A DNA stretch of 63,997 nt, filler included, from Phoronis australis (taxonomy: Eukaryota; Animalia; Phoronida): assembly GCA_002633005.1 (NCBI GenBank). It is 5 parts of 5 records of this genome, joined end to end, with 100 filler letters (N's around TTAATTAATTAA, not from the genome) between each part and the next. Parts side by side here need not be neighbours in the genome. Positions count along the whole stretch, not along the records: positions 47,874 to 62,884 come from NMRA01000237.1; positions 62,985 to 63,997 come from NMRA01003951.1; 3 more parts are not named here. One strand, 5' to 3'. The translations under genes and the position numbers were made by a program. The notes under the pieces were generated by a model. It was not told the origin of the DNA, did not search any database, and worked only from the letters and a program-made list of their open reading frames with translations. Of this stretch, positions 49,792 to 63,078 are shown in pieces (the stretch's first letter is position 1; each line of letters begins with the position of its first letter).

Positions 49792-50324
49792 CTGAAAACA
49801 AAGTAGTTAAAGCTAGCTTTCGTAAATTGTATGTTGTGATTGATTGAAGACTGGAAGGGACACGTAATATGATAGGTAAAGCTTGAGGATTGTTTGACGA
49901 AAAGCGACTTAAGACTACGCGGATTGTAAGACCAAATCCCTGTCTGAAAAGATAGGACTTTGGTCTTACGCTCCGTCTTCACAATTGCTTAATAGTAGTT
50001 TAGACAAGTAATTATGAGCGCATCGCACTCTAGAAATCTAAAGAAATCATTTCAGTAAGTAGGAGTTATATGTATATTCTCAGAGACTGCATTTTTATGA
50101 AGTGAGACTTAGTTATCTTTCTGAAATAGTTGTGTGCACCGTAAGAACAAATTAAATTTCTCACGTTTCGTAAAACATACGTCTGGGGCCGGGGTCAATT
50201 GGTTGTACCAAAAATCCTGGCTAATACTCTGCCCTGCCCCCCCTCCCAACTCAAAATCCTAGGTCTGCCCCTGTATGGTTTATGCATATGGTGAGTTTGC
50301 ATTCGATGGCCACTGTATTCATGC

Positions 50325-50560
50325 AACAAACTCGAGCGAAATCTCGGGATTTCGAGTAAAAACTAGAAATTTGGAGTTCAGATTGGAACTTTTAGCCTTA
50401 ATGCCGAGGTCATGAAGTGCAAGCTAGGCATAGAAATCTTTCTGAGTAACCCATTATGTACTCGAGCAGACACTTATCATGCACCAACTAAAGTAGAACA
50501 GAAAATACCACGAATAATTTCGTGCTCGATTTCGAGTAAGAAGATTAAATCTCAAGCCTA
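50325..50560 (-). mobile_element. Diverged partial copy of the Harbinger-type MITE family seen at 6017-6417
   Basis: Reverse complement AATCTTCTTACTCGAAATCGAGCACGAAATTA...GATAAGTGTCTGCTCGAGTACA aligns by eye with 6029-6130. Confidence 0.55.
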
Positions 50561-53500
50561 GTACTCCGTTTCATAAAACTATTTTAGTTTTAACTCAGAC
50601 CGAAATAACAGTGCTGTCGTTCCATCACATGTCACGTTGCGCTTGTTGAACAATGCTGTTGAAGTCATACTAACAATCGCGCGTGAGACTTTCTGCATTC
50701 GCAGTACTCCGCTCTTTACCGCAGACGCTGTTTAATAAAGTAGCAGAGTTGTTCATATTCAATCTTAAGGGAAAAACCCGCCTCCCGTAACAAAAACAAC
50801 TTCTTATTTAGATCACTTAAAGATATGAAATTGGTCCAAAAATTGTCTTAGTCAAAACAGATGTGATTTCTGTATTTGGTAACAGCAGACAGCTTGTTGT
50901 TACTTGAGAACAGACTCTGCAGGCTGACTTTTCACGGCGTGTCATTTCATGTTCATAGCATGGTCTGGAGGAATAAACGAAAATGCCAGTTATTTCCAGG
51001 GCCAAATCATTTGTCACCTGAGTCAAGAACTAATTGAAACCTGTTTTATAGCAGGAAGCGATCTAAATCAAAAGTTAGGTTCTTCGACGGAACGCGGGTT
51101 TGTAGCGTTTTAACGACCACCTTCCTCAACATTTATAAACAATGTACCAGCGAAATTGGAGTTACGGCGGTAGATTGGATGTTCCAGGAACTTTTAATAG
51201 TATGTCTTACGTCGTATATTCGGGAAATGTGATACCTTTTACCCATTGGCCTAAGTCCCCAAAATATACGCCAGGGTTACAAAAACAACGGCGTATTTAA
51301 ACCAGTTACTGTTCTGAGATTGGTCTCAAATTGTTTCTTAGTGAAAATAGGTGTGGTTTCTGAACCTTGAAAAGAACCGACGGTTCGTTACTGCCACAGA
51401 CCAGGCATTACAACTGGATTGACCACAGCGAGCATGTTCACGAGCATCAACGAACAGTCAGTTATTTGGAAGACCGAAGATGGCTTCTCGTCCGAGAAAG
51501 GAACAAATTAAGACCAAGTAATAGTTTGCTTCTTCGACAGAATGCATGAAATTTATAGCCACTTTAAATGAAATATGTACCAACGCTATAGCCACAGAAT
51601 TAAGAACAGCAAGCGCAAATAATGGTAATGTTATTTACGTTATTTTCTAGACAAACCAAAAACTTGCTTACTAGAAATAGACCGTGTCCTATTTCTCATA
51701 GAGGCAACTTGTTTTTACTGACACTATTCATTTTGGGAAACGCTATAATCCGTAGCAATTTTTAATTATGACTTCGAAAATAGGTGCCCAAATTCGTAAC
51801 CTTTTTCAAATATAGCCCCATGAGCCTATGCTTGAGGATTTTTTCTGCGGACTTTCCTTGTACGACCGTTACAAGGACGTGAAAATATCCTCGACGACTA
51901 TGACACAAATAAACCGCTTTGCCTAGCAATTTATATGCATTTAAGTCACAATTTGAAGACAATTGCAATAAATAAATTTTTAAACAGTAGAAAGCTGTTA
52001 CTGTGATGGATACTGCAGTTAACGTCATGCAAACAAATAAAATATTGCGGTTACACGGTACAAACCACACCGTGTTCGTGCTTAGAGAACACCTGTTGTT
52101 CAAAAACCAATTATCAATATATGAAGGACGTCATCGCCTAACAGCGTGTTACAAAAAGATGGATGCGCTTTGATATCGCTGTGTCTTGCCAATCACTATC
52201 CATCGCGTTAGTAGAGTTTGAGTTTTAGCACGTTTATGGTCAATGGCGCAGCTAGGATAGGCGCTCAGTCCAAGCGCACGCGCGCCTTTCGAGCGCACAA
52301 AATTGTTCAAGCTCTTTTCCCGATAACCTCTAGTTCATACAAACGGAAAAACACACCTTTATACCCAGCACTACAGCATTTCGGACAAAGAATGTTGCGG
52401 AGCTAACATTCGCTATTTTTGTAAATACTAAAACCTTCATGAGAGCGTTGGTAGGATAAGGGACCCATGAAACAACCGGAACCCAGGCAGAGCCGTTGTT
52501 TCGCAAGCGCCATGGAATTTTAACATTTTTTGTTGATCAACACATGAAGCATACCTACAAAATGTTTTGGGGCGTTTTGTGTAAATACACAAGCTTTAGA
52601 TCCACCGTTTCAAAACACCCTGTATGCCAGAATATTAACAGAAATTACAAATTGTAATTAAGCACATGAGCATTCCTGTCTAATGACTACGCCTAATCGA
52701 GATGATGAGCAACTTTATTATCAAGACCTAATTTTGGGTGAAAGATGAGTCGACTGGTCGATTTCATAAGTTTTCATTTGACTACACCGCCGGACATTTC
52801 ATTAATTTTCCATTCATTGTTATTTATGGATAACAAAGTGTCTTTTCAGGAAGTCAAATTCGTACACAGACAGATCATAGCAGATGACCTTTATTTCGTT
52901 TTTAATCCTCAACATATCCGAATTTCAGAAGGAGGTGCACCGTTGATGATTGGAAATACTAAAACGTTTATTATGATAATACTTCCCGACATTCACGCTT
53001 TTATCTTAATAACAAATTATGTGCCCTTGAGTAGGTGACAATCTTAGCACACTGACTAAAAACTAAACTTTGTTGTCTTCAAGTGCAATAAAGCCTCGTG
53101 AATCCTTGCTTTCGAAACCTCGTCAACTCTTAAAAGTTTGAATTAGTTTTGAAACTCCTGAGTCGGCAAGCGTTGCTTACGCTTTAGGCAAGTGAACCGA
53201 CGGATGTGTGGAAAGAATGCTCGTCTCGAATCACATAAATCTACTTTGTGTGACAGAATGGGAACGCGGCTTTGTTGTACAAGGCTTTTACAGGAGACAT
53301 TGGCTGCAGCATATCAACATAAAAGCCAGTTTTGGACGAAATCATCAAAACGTGACCTAGCACACATCCTATTTAAGAACAACCCCGTCCGTATACAGTC
53401 GTGCATGTACCTGGCTGCTTGTATCAAGTGCCTTTTGAATTATTTGGTCTACTGGCTCGGGCTGTCAAGTTGAACCAATAGTTTTTTTACCTTCTTCAAT

Positions 53501-56500
53501 CATCAGTCAAAAGACTATTTAACTTCCTTAACGGCGACATCAATTTTTGGCAATACGCCAATTAATAAAATTTGCAGCGCCATTATGATACTGAAACCTT
53601 GGTCCAGAAGGATTCGAAAACCTGTTGTAGTCTGGTGCTAGTGAATACAAATATATGACAAACAAATGAATTTCATGAGCCTCTTTTTGTAATGTTGTAA
53701 CTTAATGAAGTGTTTACATGGAGTCAAAATGGGGAGTTACATCAAAACTTGCGAATGGTCGAGAGTTTCCGTTTAGACTGTAGAAAGTCATAGAATTGCG
53801 TCATTTTAGTGAAACAGGTCCAGTTGTTTTACATGTCATTTATTGCACAAAAATACTGATCAAATATGTTATATAACCTTCCCACAATACGTATCAACAT
53901 GTAGAAGGTATGTAAATAAATGTACCGTCGTGTAATCATTCCTAAAGAGGATCTTGGATTTCGGATCTCGGTAAATACGAAGTAGTGTGTACTCTTAGGG
54001 TACTTACGTGTGGAGGCAGTATTTATACTGTAGATTTTGCTGTTGTGAGGAAAATTCATACTAACCCAGGGAGACCACATTGGCGTTCGATCGTGTTGAA
54101 TTTCACCTTTGAATGTCATTCTATAGAACCCCATTATAAAGTTTCATACCACATTGCCAAAGGGAAAGACTGTTTTTTACGAAGGTCAGATTTGTAAAAT
54201 TAAACAGGTCGTCTGGGAAGCACATATCAATGATGGTTTTGCTTTGCAATTTATGAACGTAAAAACCAATGAAGTGTCGATTTCATTGGAGAAGTTACGC
54301 TATGATAAGTTCACATGAATCTGGACTATCGGAAGTTTATACAAACAAGTCGTTGAAATTTGTAGTTAATGTCCTTCGTATCTTATCTGAAGGAAATCAG
54401 ATTAGATATACCATAATTTTCGATCCCACAAACAGGTTCAAACAACGATCATAATCTTTATGAATAGTTAGTATTAGTTGGGCTAACCCACTCTAAACCC
54501 GGGGATTCATTCAGTTTTAACTTATTTTTAGGGAGGTTCTGGTTGAAATTACAGAATCATGATTCGAGTAAAACTAGTGTGATCACGTGCTTTACTGCAT
54601 GGCGATATCTTACGAAGACTTGCGTGATTTCGCTTTTTCTCGCAAGATACTTGCTCTACGGGACGCAGCCTTAGTTGAAATCAAAGCGTGTAAGCGTGGG
54701 ATTTTCTTCTATGCTTCATTCATTGATTGCTGAGTTTTATTGAGCGCCTGGCCATCCTGTGGCTTACAAATCGTATTTGTGCAATTTCTGTGTGAGACTT
54801 TTGTAACTGAGACAGGTCCAAGCTCCACCCTGTGAATAACTCAGAGCAAATAAATACTACTTTGTTGTAATATTTGTACAATTGCATTAACCGCTTACGC
54901 CGAACGACCTTTTTGTAAAAGATTTGAATTTAGAATGGACTATTAGATTCAATGAAACAGGAGCTGTGACCTTAAAGTACATGAGCAAACAATAGGCTGC
55001 TGTATAATCGCTTACACGTCTAGGATAAATGATATGCTCACGCGGGATTGCTAAAGGTGTGCTAAACAGATAAGACAATACGTTGACTTGTTATATGAGA
55101 TCGACAATGACTTGTGTGACTAAAATAAGAACTTGTCAACTAATAGCTATGTCTTCTTCAATCGCTTCCGATAAGAAAGTTCCTTCTCTGTCGGTGATGG
55201 CGTGTTGTAACGCGTTGCATAAGTTAGTAAGTTCCAACTTTAGGACGCGACTTCACTCGTCCCAAACGTAAGTACCTGACTAGTGCAAAGTAAATGCATA
55301 AACACTGACACCGAACTATGAGCAGCACACGCTTTATTATACCCAAGTATAGTTTGCAATCACACATATTTAGTCTTGTTCGACTTCTCTGCGACAATCT
55401 TCAAAACATTCCATACGAACTTTTGTTTTGCACTACTTCTGCTATTGCTCAGAAGAAAAGAAATTCCTGTTTGCAAAGGACGGCAGATAAAGGTACCCGA
55501 CGTGATAAGCCGACTTGGAGCTTGGTCCCAAGTAACAACGAAAGGTATTTTTTTCGAAAAACTGAAATTGAGCTTTATTTTCACTAAGGAACATTTTCGT
55601 AACGGCAAGTGGTTTAAATCAAATTTGGATTTTGGATTTAAGGCGGGTTTATACTCATAAAATCATAACTGGTCCGAGGTCATGCGAGATAGAGTAGTTC
55701 GTGTATCATTTGTCTAATCAACAACTAACTAATCAATATTGATCAAGCACTGCACTCATTCATCCAAAAAAGAACAGGTGTAACGGGCCTTCTAAAGACA
55801 GCCATATTATTGATCTAATCAGCATCTGGAATAGCTATTAAGTATGCGGGACCTTGATTAATCGCTGTATTAATCGCTTATTGTTTCAATCGGAGATATT
55901 ATTGATTGATTTTTCGCACCGTATTGCTTTTGTAACTGGATAGTTTGTCTTGGTGTCAGTGATACATTTGGCTAGATGTCTTTTCCGTTACCTTTCATAA
56001 GAAGGTAGATTCATATTCTTAATTCGGATGGAGCTCCGTTGTTTTTATGTATATCCTGTGCGGTTTATTTGTGAGATTTTTTAAAATTAATGGCTTTGTT
56101 TCATTAATGTCGGGGAGTTCAGCGAGTCCTGAAAACGTCTGTAATAAATGGGCTACTCTGAAAAGGAGTCGTAGCTTTTCCCAAACCTATGTGTATCAGA
56201 ACGTGCATGTCTAGGGTGGGAATATCGACTGTATTTAGATTCAAAGCTCGCGGTAGATCTTTAGGAACATAGTTAGTTAACGCAAGTTGTGAATTTACAA
56301 GTAAAACATGATTGCAGGCTGTCTGGCACACGTTGCCCAAGATGTGCTCAGTGCGCTCAGGTTGTCCCACTGCCCGGAACTATTTTTATGCTTTATTAAC
56401 CCATAACTTTGATTAAAGGAAGCGGGCATTTATCCCACAAGGCCACTCTGCCTCCTTCGAATTTCCAAATATATACAACAATGGTTCACAAAACTCGCAC

Positions 56501-57569
56501 GCTTGACTTAATTGCTTAGGACCTTGGAAATTGCAGAACATCATATCGTGAAAATGGATGATCGGATTAATATGAGACTTTCGGATACTATGCTTTATGC
56601 ACTGTGCTCCAAAACATTATTACTTGTTAGAAATCGTTATCAAAATGTTCTACTCGAAAAGTGATTAAAAACGCGGACTTTTATGACTGTCATGAAACCA
56701 AAATGGTATTTTAGAAACTAACAGCGTTTTTGACATTTTGCATCTACATCAAATGAAATTAAATCATGTCATCGACACTGTTGTTTTGCTATTAATTTGT
56801 CTTGTTTCTTTGCTAAACTTAATGGTAAAAAGCCAAAAATCAAGCTCCACAGGATTTCTACTTTCAGAAATAATAAACCTTTGCCGAGTTAAAATTTATA
56901 TTTTTAAATATGTGGCTAAATACACAAACTTGTCAATAAACCTGTAATTACAACCCCGATTTTAAGCTAGGACACTCCCAGCTTTAAATAACAATTCCCA
57001 TAGTCAATCACGCGTAACGAAAGCACTATTGGCACCGTTTGCTCCCTTTTGACCCCACCCAGGTATATATCCATCATTGCAAATCCTGTGTACTGTCCCT
57101 TGTCATAGATTGGTGTACTCGTAAGAACCCAGGTGACATGATCTTTTGTTGCCAAAGGAGTTATTTGTTTCATGACCTACCGACACTCCGCTTGAGGCGT
57201 TTCATTCTCTTGTTCTGTCAACCTTCCGAGGTTCTGGACTTGACATCCAGGCAAGAAGCATGAAGGTTTTTAAATTCAGATAAGGCACAGGAAATGAAAA
57301 TTCACGAATAACACCACTCAAACAGCAATTTTTGCCATTTCAAAGTTACTTATTCTCGAAACTCAGGTAGTTATCCTAGAATATTTTCGACACACAGCAA
57401 GGTTGTTGACAATAAAAGAGTTTTACTTACAAATAAAGGTACGGTTGACTCTTTATTAAAGACAGTGATGAATTTTTTTTCTAATATTACAAAGGCTTTA
57501 TTTGCCAGTACCGACCTAAGAAATGAAAATTTTCGTACATTCAAATAAAGGCAACGATGAATTAGATAG

Positions 57570-58200
57570 GGCTGACATGTTTCGGCGTTTATTGAAACTA
57601 CATCGGTTCCTCAGAAGTAAATCAGTGGCCACCTTGCTAGGCCCAGCAACAAGTAATGACACACAGTCACAGTCAGTTACAGAGGAGTAACAATAGACTA
57701 GACTAACAATGACAACCTGTGGTGTGCCAGTTGCCTATATTGAGACTGGGCTTACACTTAGAAGCATCACGAATTTTCAGCTCCCTTGTTGTTTCTGCTT
57801 GGTCCATGATAACAAAGACATTAAAAGAGAATTGGTGACAACAATGATTGGAGCTTTGCAGATTAATTTTAAGATGTGAACTTCTGTCCGAATTTAGATA
57901 TTCCCTGGTCCGGGTTTTCAAATGGCGAATAGTTTCGCCAATATAACTGGAGCCACATCCAGCGCACTCACATGAATTTGTACACTACCATGGACCGTAG
58001 ACAAGGATTTTTGTCATCAGGGTTACATAAATCAGACAGTTTTAGAGACTTGGGCCTAGAAATTTGGCCACTGATTTGCTGCTGAGGATAGTGTTTTAAT
58101 AAGTGCCGAAAGATGTCAAACCGATTTAAAACCATCGTTGCTTTTATCACCATATGCTGATACTTGCTATCATGGGCATCTTCAAATAAAAGTTACGAAT
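57570..58200 (-). mobile_element. Degenerate Penelope-like retroelement 3' region (GIY-YIG endonuclease)
   Basis: LRSMVVYKF / (frameshift) CAGCGSSYIGETIRHLKTRTREYLNSDRSSH...FVIMDQAETTRELKIR...KPSLN is a typical PLE GIY-YIG domain. Confidence 0.8.
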
Positions 58201-61200
58201 CAAGCGAAAAAACTACTGTAACAGTGCTTTGTAAGAAGAGTTTAACCATTGGATACTTGAACACCTGGTATCTTTTACTGTAGTCGTTTTAAATTGATTT
58301 ATTCTCGACATACTATTTTGGATTCTGACGCTGTAGCGGGAGTTTATGTGGGACCTTCGATTACCGTCCTAACTTCCTTTGTGGCTATAATGCAAAAGTA
58401 TCTGCAAAATTGTTAAAAAGTCGTAAAACAACTAATTTAAAGAAAACTAAAAGCTCGTGTCTTACTTGTGATTGTAGTTGTCCCAGAGGAATTCCCGGCG
58501 CACGCGCCCAGTAAGATTAAATACAGCAAACACGTTTTAGTCCCGTCCATAGCTTCAGACGTCCGTTACGATGAGTATCCCAGGCGAGATAAAATATTTC
58601 TTCTCTGTCTCTACAGGTGGGCCTATTCCGACATGCCGCTATGTAGTTCGTCCTCACTCTGGTAAACTAAACCTAAAGGATTTGAAGGCGCACCCTGCTG
58701 ACACAGTAAGTGTAACAGGGTGTACCCCCTGTGACTGCCGTGTTTCATTGGTCGATGACGCACAAAGGCAGGCATATTAGTTCACGTTTTTGTACACACT
58801 AGAACGAGGAAATATAATAGAGGAGGGAATGCCGTCGACTCATACTGTTTTGGTTGATATTTACTCTCCTTCCACTACGTACGATAGAACTGTGACACAC
58901 CAAACAGCCGCAGGGCAAACTGATAACAAACGTGAGACATTTTTTTACAATGAAAATCACCATCCCATGTTATTTATCACTGTATGGGTGTATACATATG
59001 ACTGGGACCATAGATTATAGACTATAGTCTATGCTGGGACTGAGAGGGCCACGTTTTTGTACCAAGGCGAGGACATGCATTGAGGTGAATGAGTATTTAC
59101 TGAATTCAAAGTTGAGACACACAGGTTATGTCTCATGGTTGGCCGCCTTAGTATATCGTTTCTATACATGTACGATACAAGTAAACGTCTAAACAGCCTC
59201 TGGAAAAATATCAAACATGATGCAAATTGGGTGTTATGTTGCTGCATGGTTATCTTCCTTTCTGTTAATTCACGAAAACTATAGTTACACATTATTTTCA
59301 CTTTCTGTACTTGTCACTGTCATTTTTACTGCTGACTAAAAATGCACGAACATAGTTTCAATAATGTGTCTTAAGAGCAGGAAAAATTCAGGCTTTTCAA
59401 ACATAACTCAAGATTTCTAAACAAGGTGCAAAACATTTCAAGCGTAGTGCAGAACCAAAGCTGTTACCCAGCTTTCATTTTGACTACATACCCTTATAAA
59501 ATGGGTCTCAAATAAATTATTCTCATATTGCTCGTTACTTAAATTTAGCGATTTTAGCGCTTGAGAGGAACTAGTGACAAAACAGTTCGTAATTTCTTCC
59601 AAAACAAAAAAATCACTTCTAATCTCAGTGAGAACAAATGGACACCAGTTTGAACAACAAGTGGTTTAAATCAAAATGTAGTCTTTCTTAACAGAGTGAG
59701 TGTTTCTGGCAGCTTCAACAGCAACGGCTGATAAATGATTTTTTTAAAGGTCCCAAATGATATGTTAGAAACGTGACCTTCTTAATCTGTAGCTTGGTGC
59801 TTATAAAATGATTCGTTCATAGGAATCACACCAGATATTCCCATACATACACATATCATTCGGTTTAGACTGGGAGCCAGTAATTAACCTGCTGGAATTT
59901 ACTGCATCACTCTGTCTGGGAGAATATGGACACGATCGCGACACGATTGCAGTTCCCCGTTTTCGTCTGACATTCACCGAGTGGCTACGTAAATCATCCC
60001 GTGCCTGTCTGAAGGTGTCTGTCAAATATTTTTCCTCCGTTCTGCTGGCTCTCCCTCACCTCATCTACAATAGCATAGAAAATACAAACACCTGTCGCCC
60101 GTTCACCAGAGGCTGCCCAGGGCAATATTTATTTTACCTAAGTAGAATCATTCTGTTAAACACTTCTGTCAATCAACGTTGACCTACTGTGTCTCTACAC
60201 TAGTTTTAAATCCACGTGGCGTGTCTTGTTGACAACACACAGGCGGATTAAGGGTATCGTAAAAGTGGGAGGGCAACCACGGTTCATTTTGGGAGGAAAC
60301 TTGTCTCAGAAAGCCCCAAAAACTGCATCCCGGCGGCGTTCTTAATTTTTGTTTGCGCCACTAATTTCGTCTGTGAAATGAAAATAATTTACACCTTATC
60401 CCGATATCTTCGGCGCACACTGCGACGAATAAAAATTTCGTAAAACTGTTTGATCTATGGCATACATAAACAAAACGTACCGAGAGTGGCGTAGAAGTAA
60501 TATCCCACGAGACATTATTCCGCGTATCTACCGCGAGACCGAAGGTCGAAGTCGATACGGGGAATAATATCTAATGGTAACTTACTTCATCTACGTCAAT
60601 AGAGGTGCGTTTTGAACGCTAACGACACTGCAATATACCCACACAGTTTTGCCACGGCTTATCGTACGACCAAAGTGGAAGTGCAAAAATAGTACACAAT
60701 CGGCAGAAAAAGTGTTTTGTGACCAGTTTGAATGTTTCAGTTTCGCCTTCGCAGTTTCACTAGTAACAGTACTAGAAGACTTTACTCAGGAGGATCCCCA
60801 TGCTGTACTGAGGAATCACCTCGAGTGATCAGTGCAACGGGCCCAACTGTGGGGCCCAAGCACGCCTGGTGTACTGAAGGAGACACCAGACCACCTGCCT
60901 ATCTTTTCGCCTTCACTGGATCGCGTGTGAACTGATTGAAAGAGTCTTTCATTTTTGCTTAATACAATAGTCCCACCGCTTATTTCAAGAACCTGTTTCA
61001 TGTAGTGTGACTTAAGACCGAAATTTTGTCTTACTCTCCACACAGCTATTTCTGAAAAATAATTAAATTTCACTTGAGCAAAAGTGCAAAGTCTCTGAGA
61101 ATATACACACGACTTCTAGTTACTGAAATAACTTCTATAAATTATTTTTAGACTGTGATGCACGCGGCTAAACTTTTATTTAGCAATTGTGAAATGAGAA

Positions 61201-62771
61201 CGTATTACCAACTTCCTTGTCTTTCGTAAAGTGGACGCTTGAGATTTTACGCGAAATGGCCTCTGTCTTCAGATTGTTATTGTACGGGTATCGAAAGGCA
61301 TTCTCCTGATAGCCCTGTTTATGAGCAGAGTCAGAGGGGACTGGCAACGTACGTGACAATGCAGTGTGTGTGTGCCACGAGTCCGCTCATCAAAATCACA
61401 GTTTTGAAGATAAATTTTCTTCTCATTTTGTATTTTTTTTACCGTAGAACTAATAAAAATACATAACATAATGTCATCGTTATCATCAATCATGCGTAAT
61501 CCATTTCACACACAGTTATATCTTTTGTCAAAATTTGAAGTATGTCCTATTTAGGAACACTTCCAGAAAGGCAGACATAATCCTTACCCAACACCCATAG
61601 TAGGCGTTTTCAGTGTTATAAAGATCGCGTGGATTTGGTTAAATGTGATACCTCAAGCAGTCAACAACTTCTGTAAAACAATAAATAGTCAAACTTCAAA
61701 TAACTTCAGTTTTGAAAAGAAAGGCGATTTTTCCTATTTTATTCAGTGTTTCTGCAACTTTTTCGGGTTCATAGCGGCGATTCTCGGTGCCTGTATGTTC
61801 GCCTTGTTCACTGCTGTTCAATTAAATGTCCCCACCGACTCAGTGTTCACAGGTAGACTACCATTGACTTCCATGCCTAATGTTCCTTGTTTATATGCTC
61901 ACCCGTCCCGATGTTCCCCCGACTCAAAATTCCAGGGCCTCAATGTTCGATTTTCCGATGCTCCCCGGCCCGGAAGTAAGTGGTTCCGTTATAATTTGAG
62001 TGTCTTTCCAAATGATATTTTTTGTACGGGAGGAGAATTTTTTTTGATAGCCGTTTATTAAATCACGCAGCAACACCTATGTGTTCGCCAATAAAAATGT
62101 ATTCTGACCAGTCCCATATTTTTGTTCGTTTGTTTTAACAAGAGAATATGCCACTGAGCTGCAACTGATGTGTGGCGAATATTCAGCAACTGCGCTTATT
62201 CGAGATTTTGAAATAAAAGTTTGCTGCAGCGGCCTTCTCAGTCTGATGTACACTTGTTATGATGAATCCATTGCCTTATCTAAAAGCCAAAATGTAATTA
62301 ACAAAACTAGCACAGCCACAGGGGCACAGCGAGGTCATGCCCCTGTTCATTGCTACAAAATACTCCCCTCGGTCAAAACTTACTTCAGTTTTGGGTTCCC
62401 CACTGTTCACTGAAAAGTGCCCAAGCAATTGCAGGCGGTCCAATGACTGAATTGCGTCGGACGTGCACAGGCTACATTATGTCTGGCCTATCACACAAAA
62501 TACCAGATTTGAAACTCATGAGGATGCCATTATGCATTACATAGTCATTATGCTGCTCCTGCGAGAGGCTGCAGAAGTCCGTAGCCATGTAGGCCATATC
62601 CAACTGCTATTTGTGCTTGTCATTAGAACCAATATCTGTCCGCAAATGCTTCCGCTTGTCTGACCATCTCGCTTAAAGGCGAAGGCAACCTTTTTCCATT
62701 TCATTTTGAGCTAAAACAAGATTGGTTGGTTATCCTAGACATATTGTCCACTTAATTACAGCTTTTCGTAA

Positions 62772-62884
62772 TTACTTGGCGGAATTCTTCAAATTCCGAC
62801 AAGTATGTTGCTCTGTCGTCAAGTTTTTACTTGGCGGAATTCTTCGAATTCCGACAAGTATGTTGCTCTGTCGTCAAGTTTTTT
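62772..62884. repeat. Two ~55-bp tandem copies containing a hairpin (ACTTGGCGGAAT..ATTCCGACAAGT) at the contig end
   Basis: Direct duplication visible. Possibly the start of a HINE-like element or an end-of-contig artefact. Confidence 0.6.
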
Positions 62885-62984
62885 NNNNNNNNNNNNNNNN
62901 NNNNNNNNNNNNNNNNNNNNNNNNNNNNTTAATTAATTAANNNNNNNNNNNNNNNNNNNNNNNNNNNNNNNNNNNNNNNNNNNN
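62885..62984. other. Artificial contig-concatenation linker
   Basis: 44N-TTAATTAATTAA-44N. Confidence 0.95.
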
Positions 62985-63078
62985 TAATGGAAGAGAGCAT
63001 GGTGTGCTAGGATTAGACAGTGATGTACCTCTGTAATGGAAGAGCATGGTGTGGTAGGATTAGACAGTGATGTACCTC
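62985..63078. repeat. Two ~48-50-bp tandem copies TAATGGAAGAGCATGGTGTG-TAGGATTAGACAGTGATGTACCTC
   Basis: Direct repeat at the contig start, probably the end of a longer array. Confidence 0.7.

Noticed and set aside
47889-49847. 652-aa plus-strand ORF (GVLDVAAT)n
   Set aside because: It is the antisense shadow of the mucin-like repeat. It begins at a GTG next to the contig edge, and the splice acceptor supports the minus strand.
53060-53640. Possible second, older Penelope relic (ARIHEALL on the minus strand near 53090)
   Set aside because: Only one short motif is recognisable, which is too degraded to support without a search.
56967-57173. 68-aa minus-strand ORF that looks protein-like
   Set aside because: No convincing splice sites and no recognisable family.
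60060-60140. KINIALG resembling the start of an F-type lectin domain upstream of the mucin exon
   Set aside because: An in-frame stop follows within four codons, and no further F-type lectin motifs are present.
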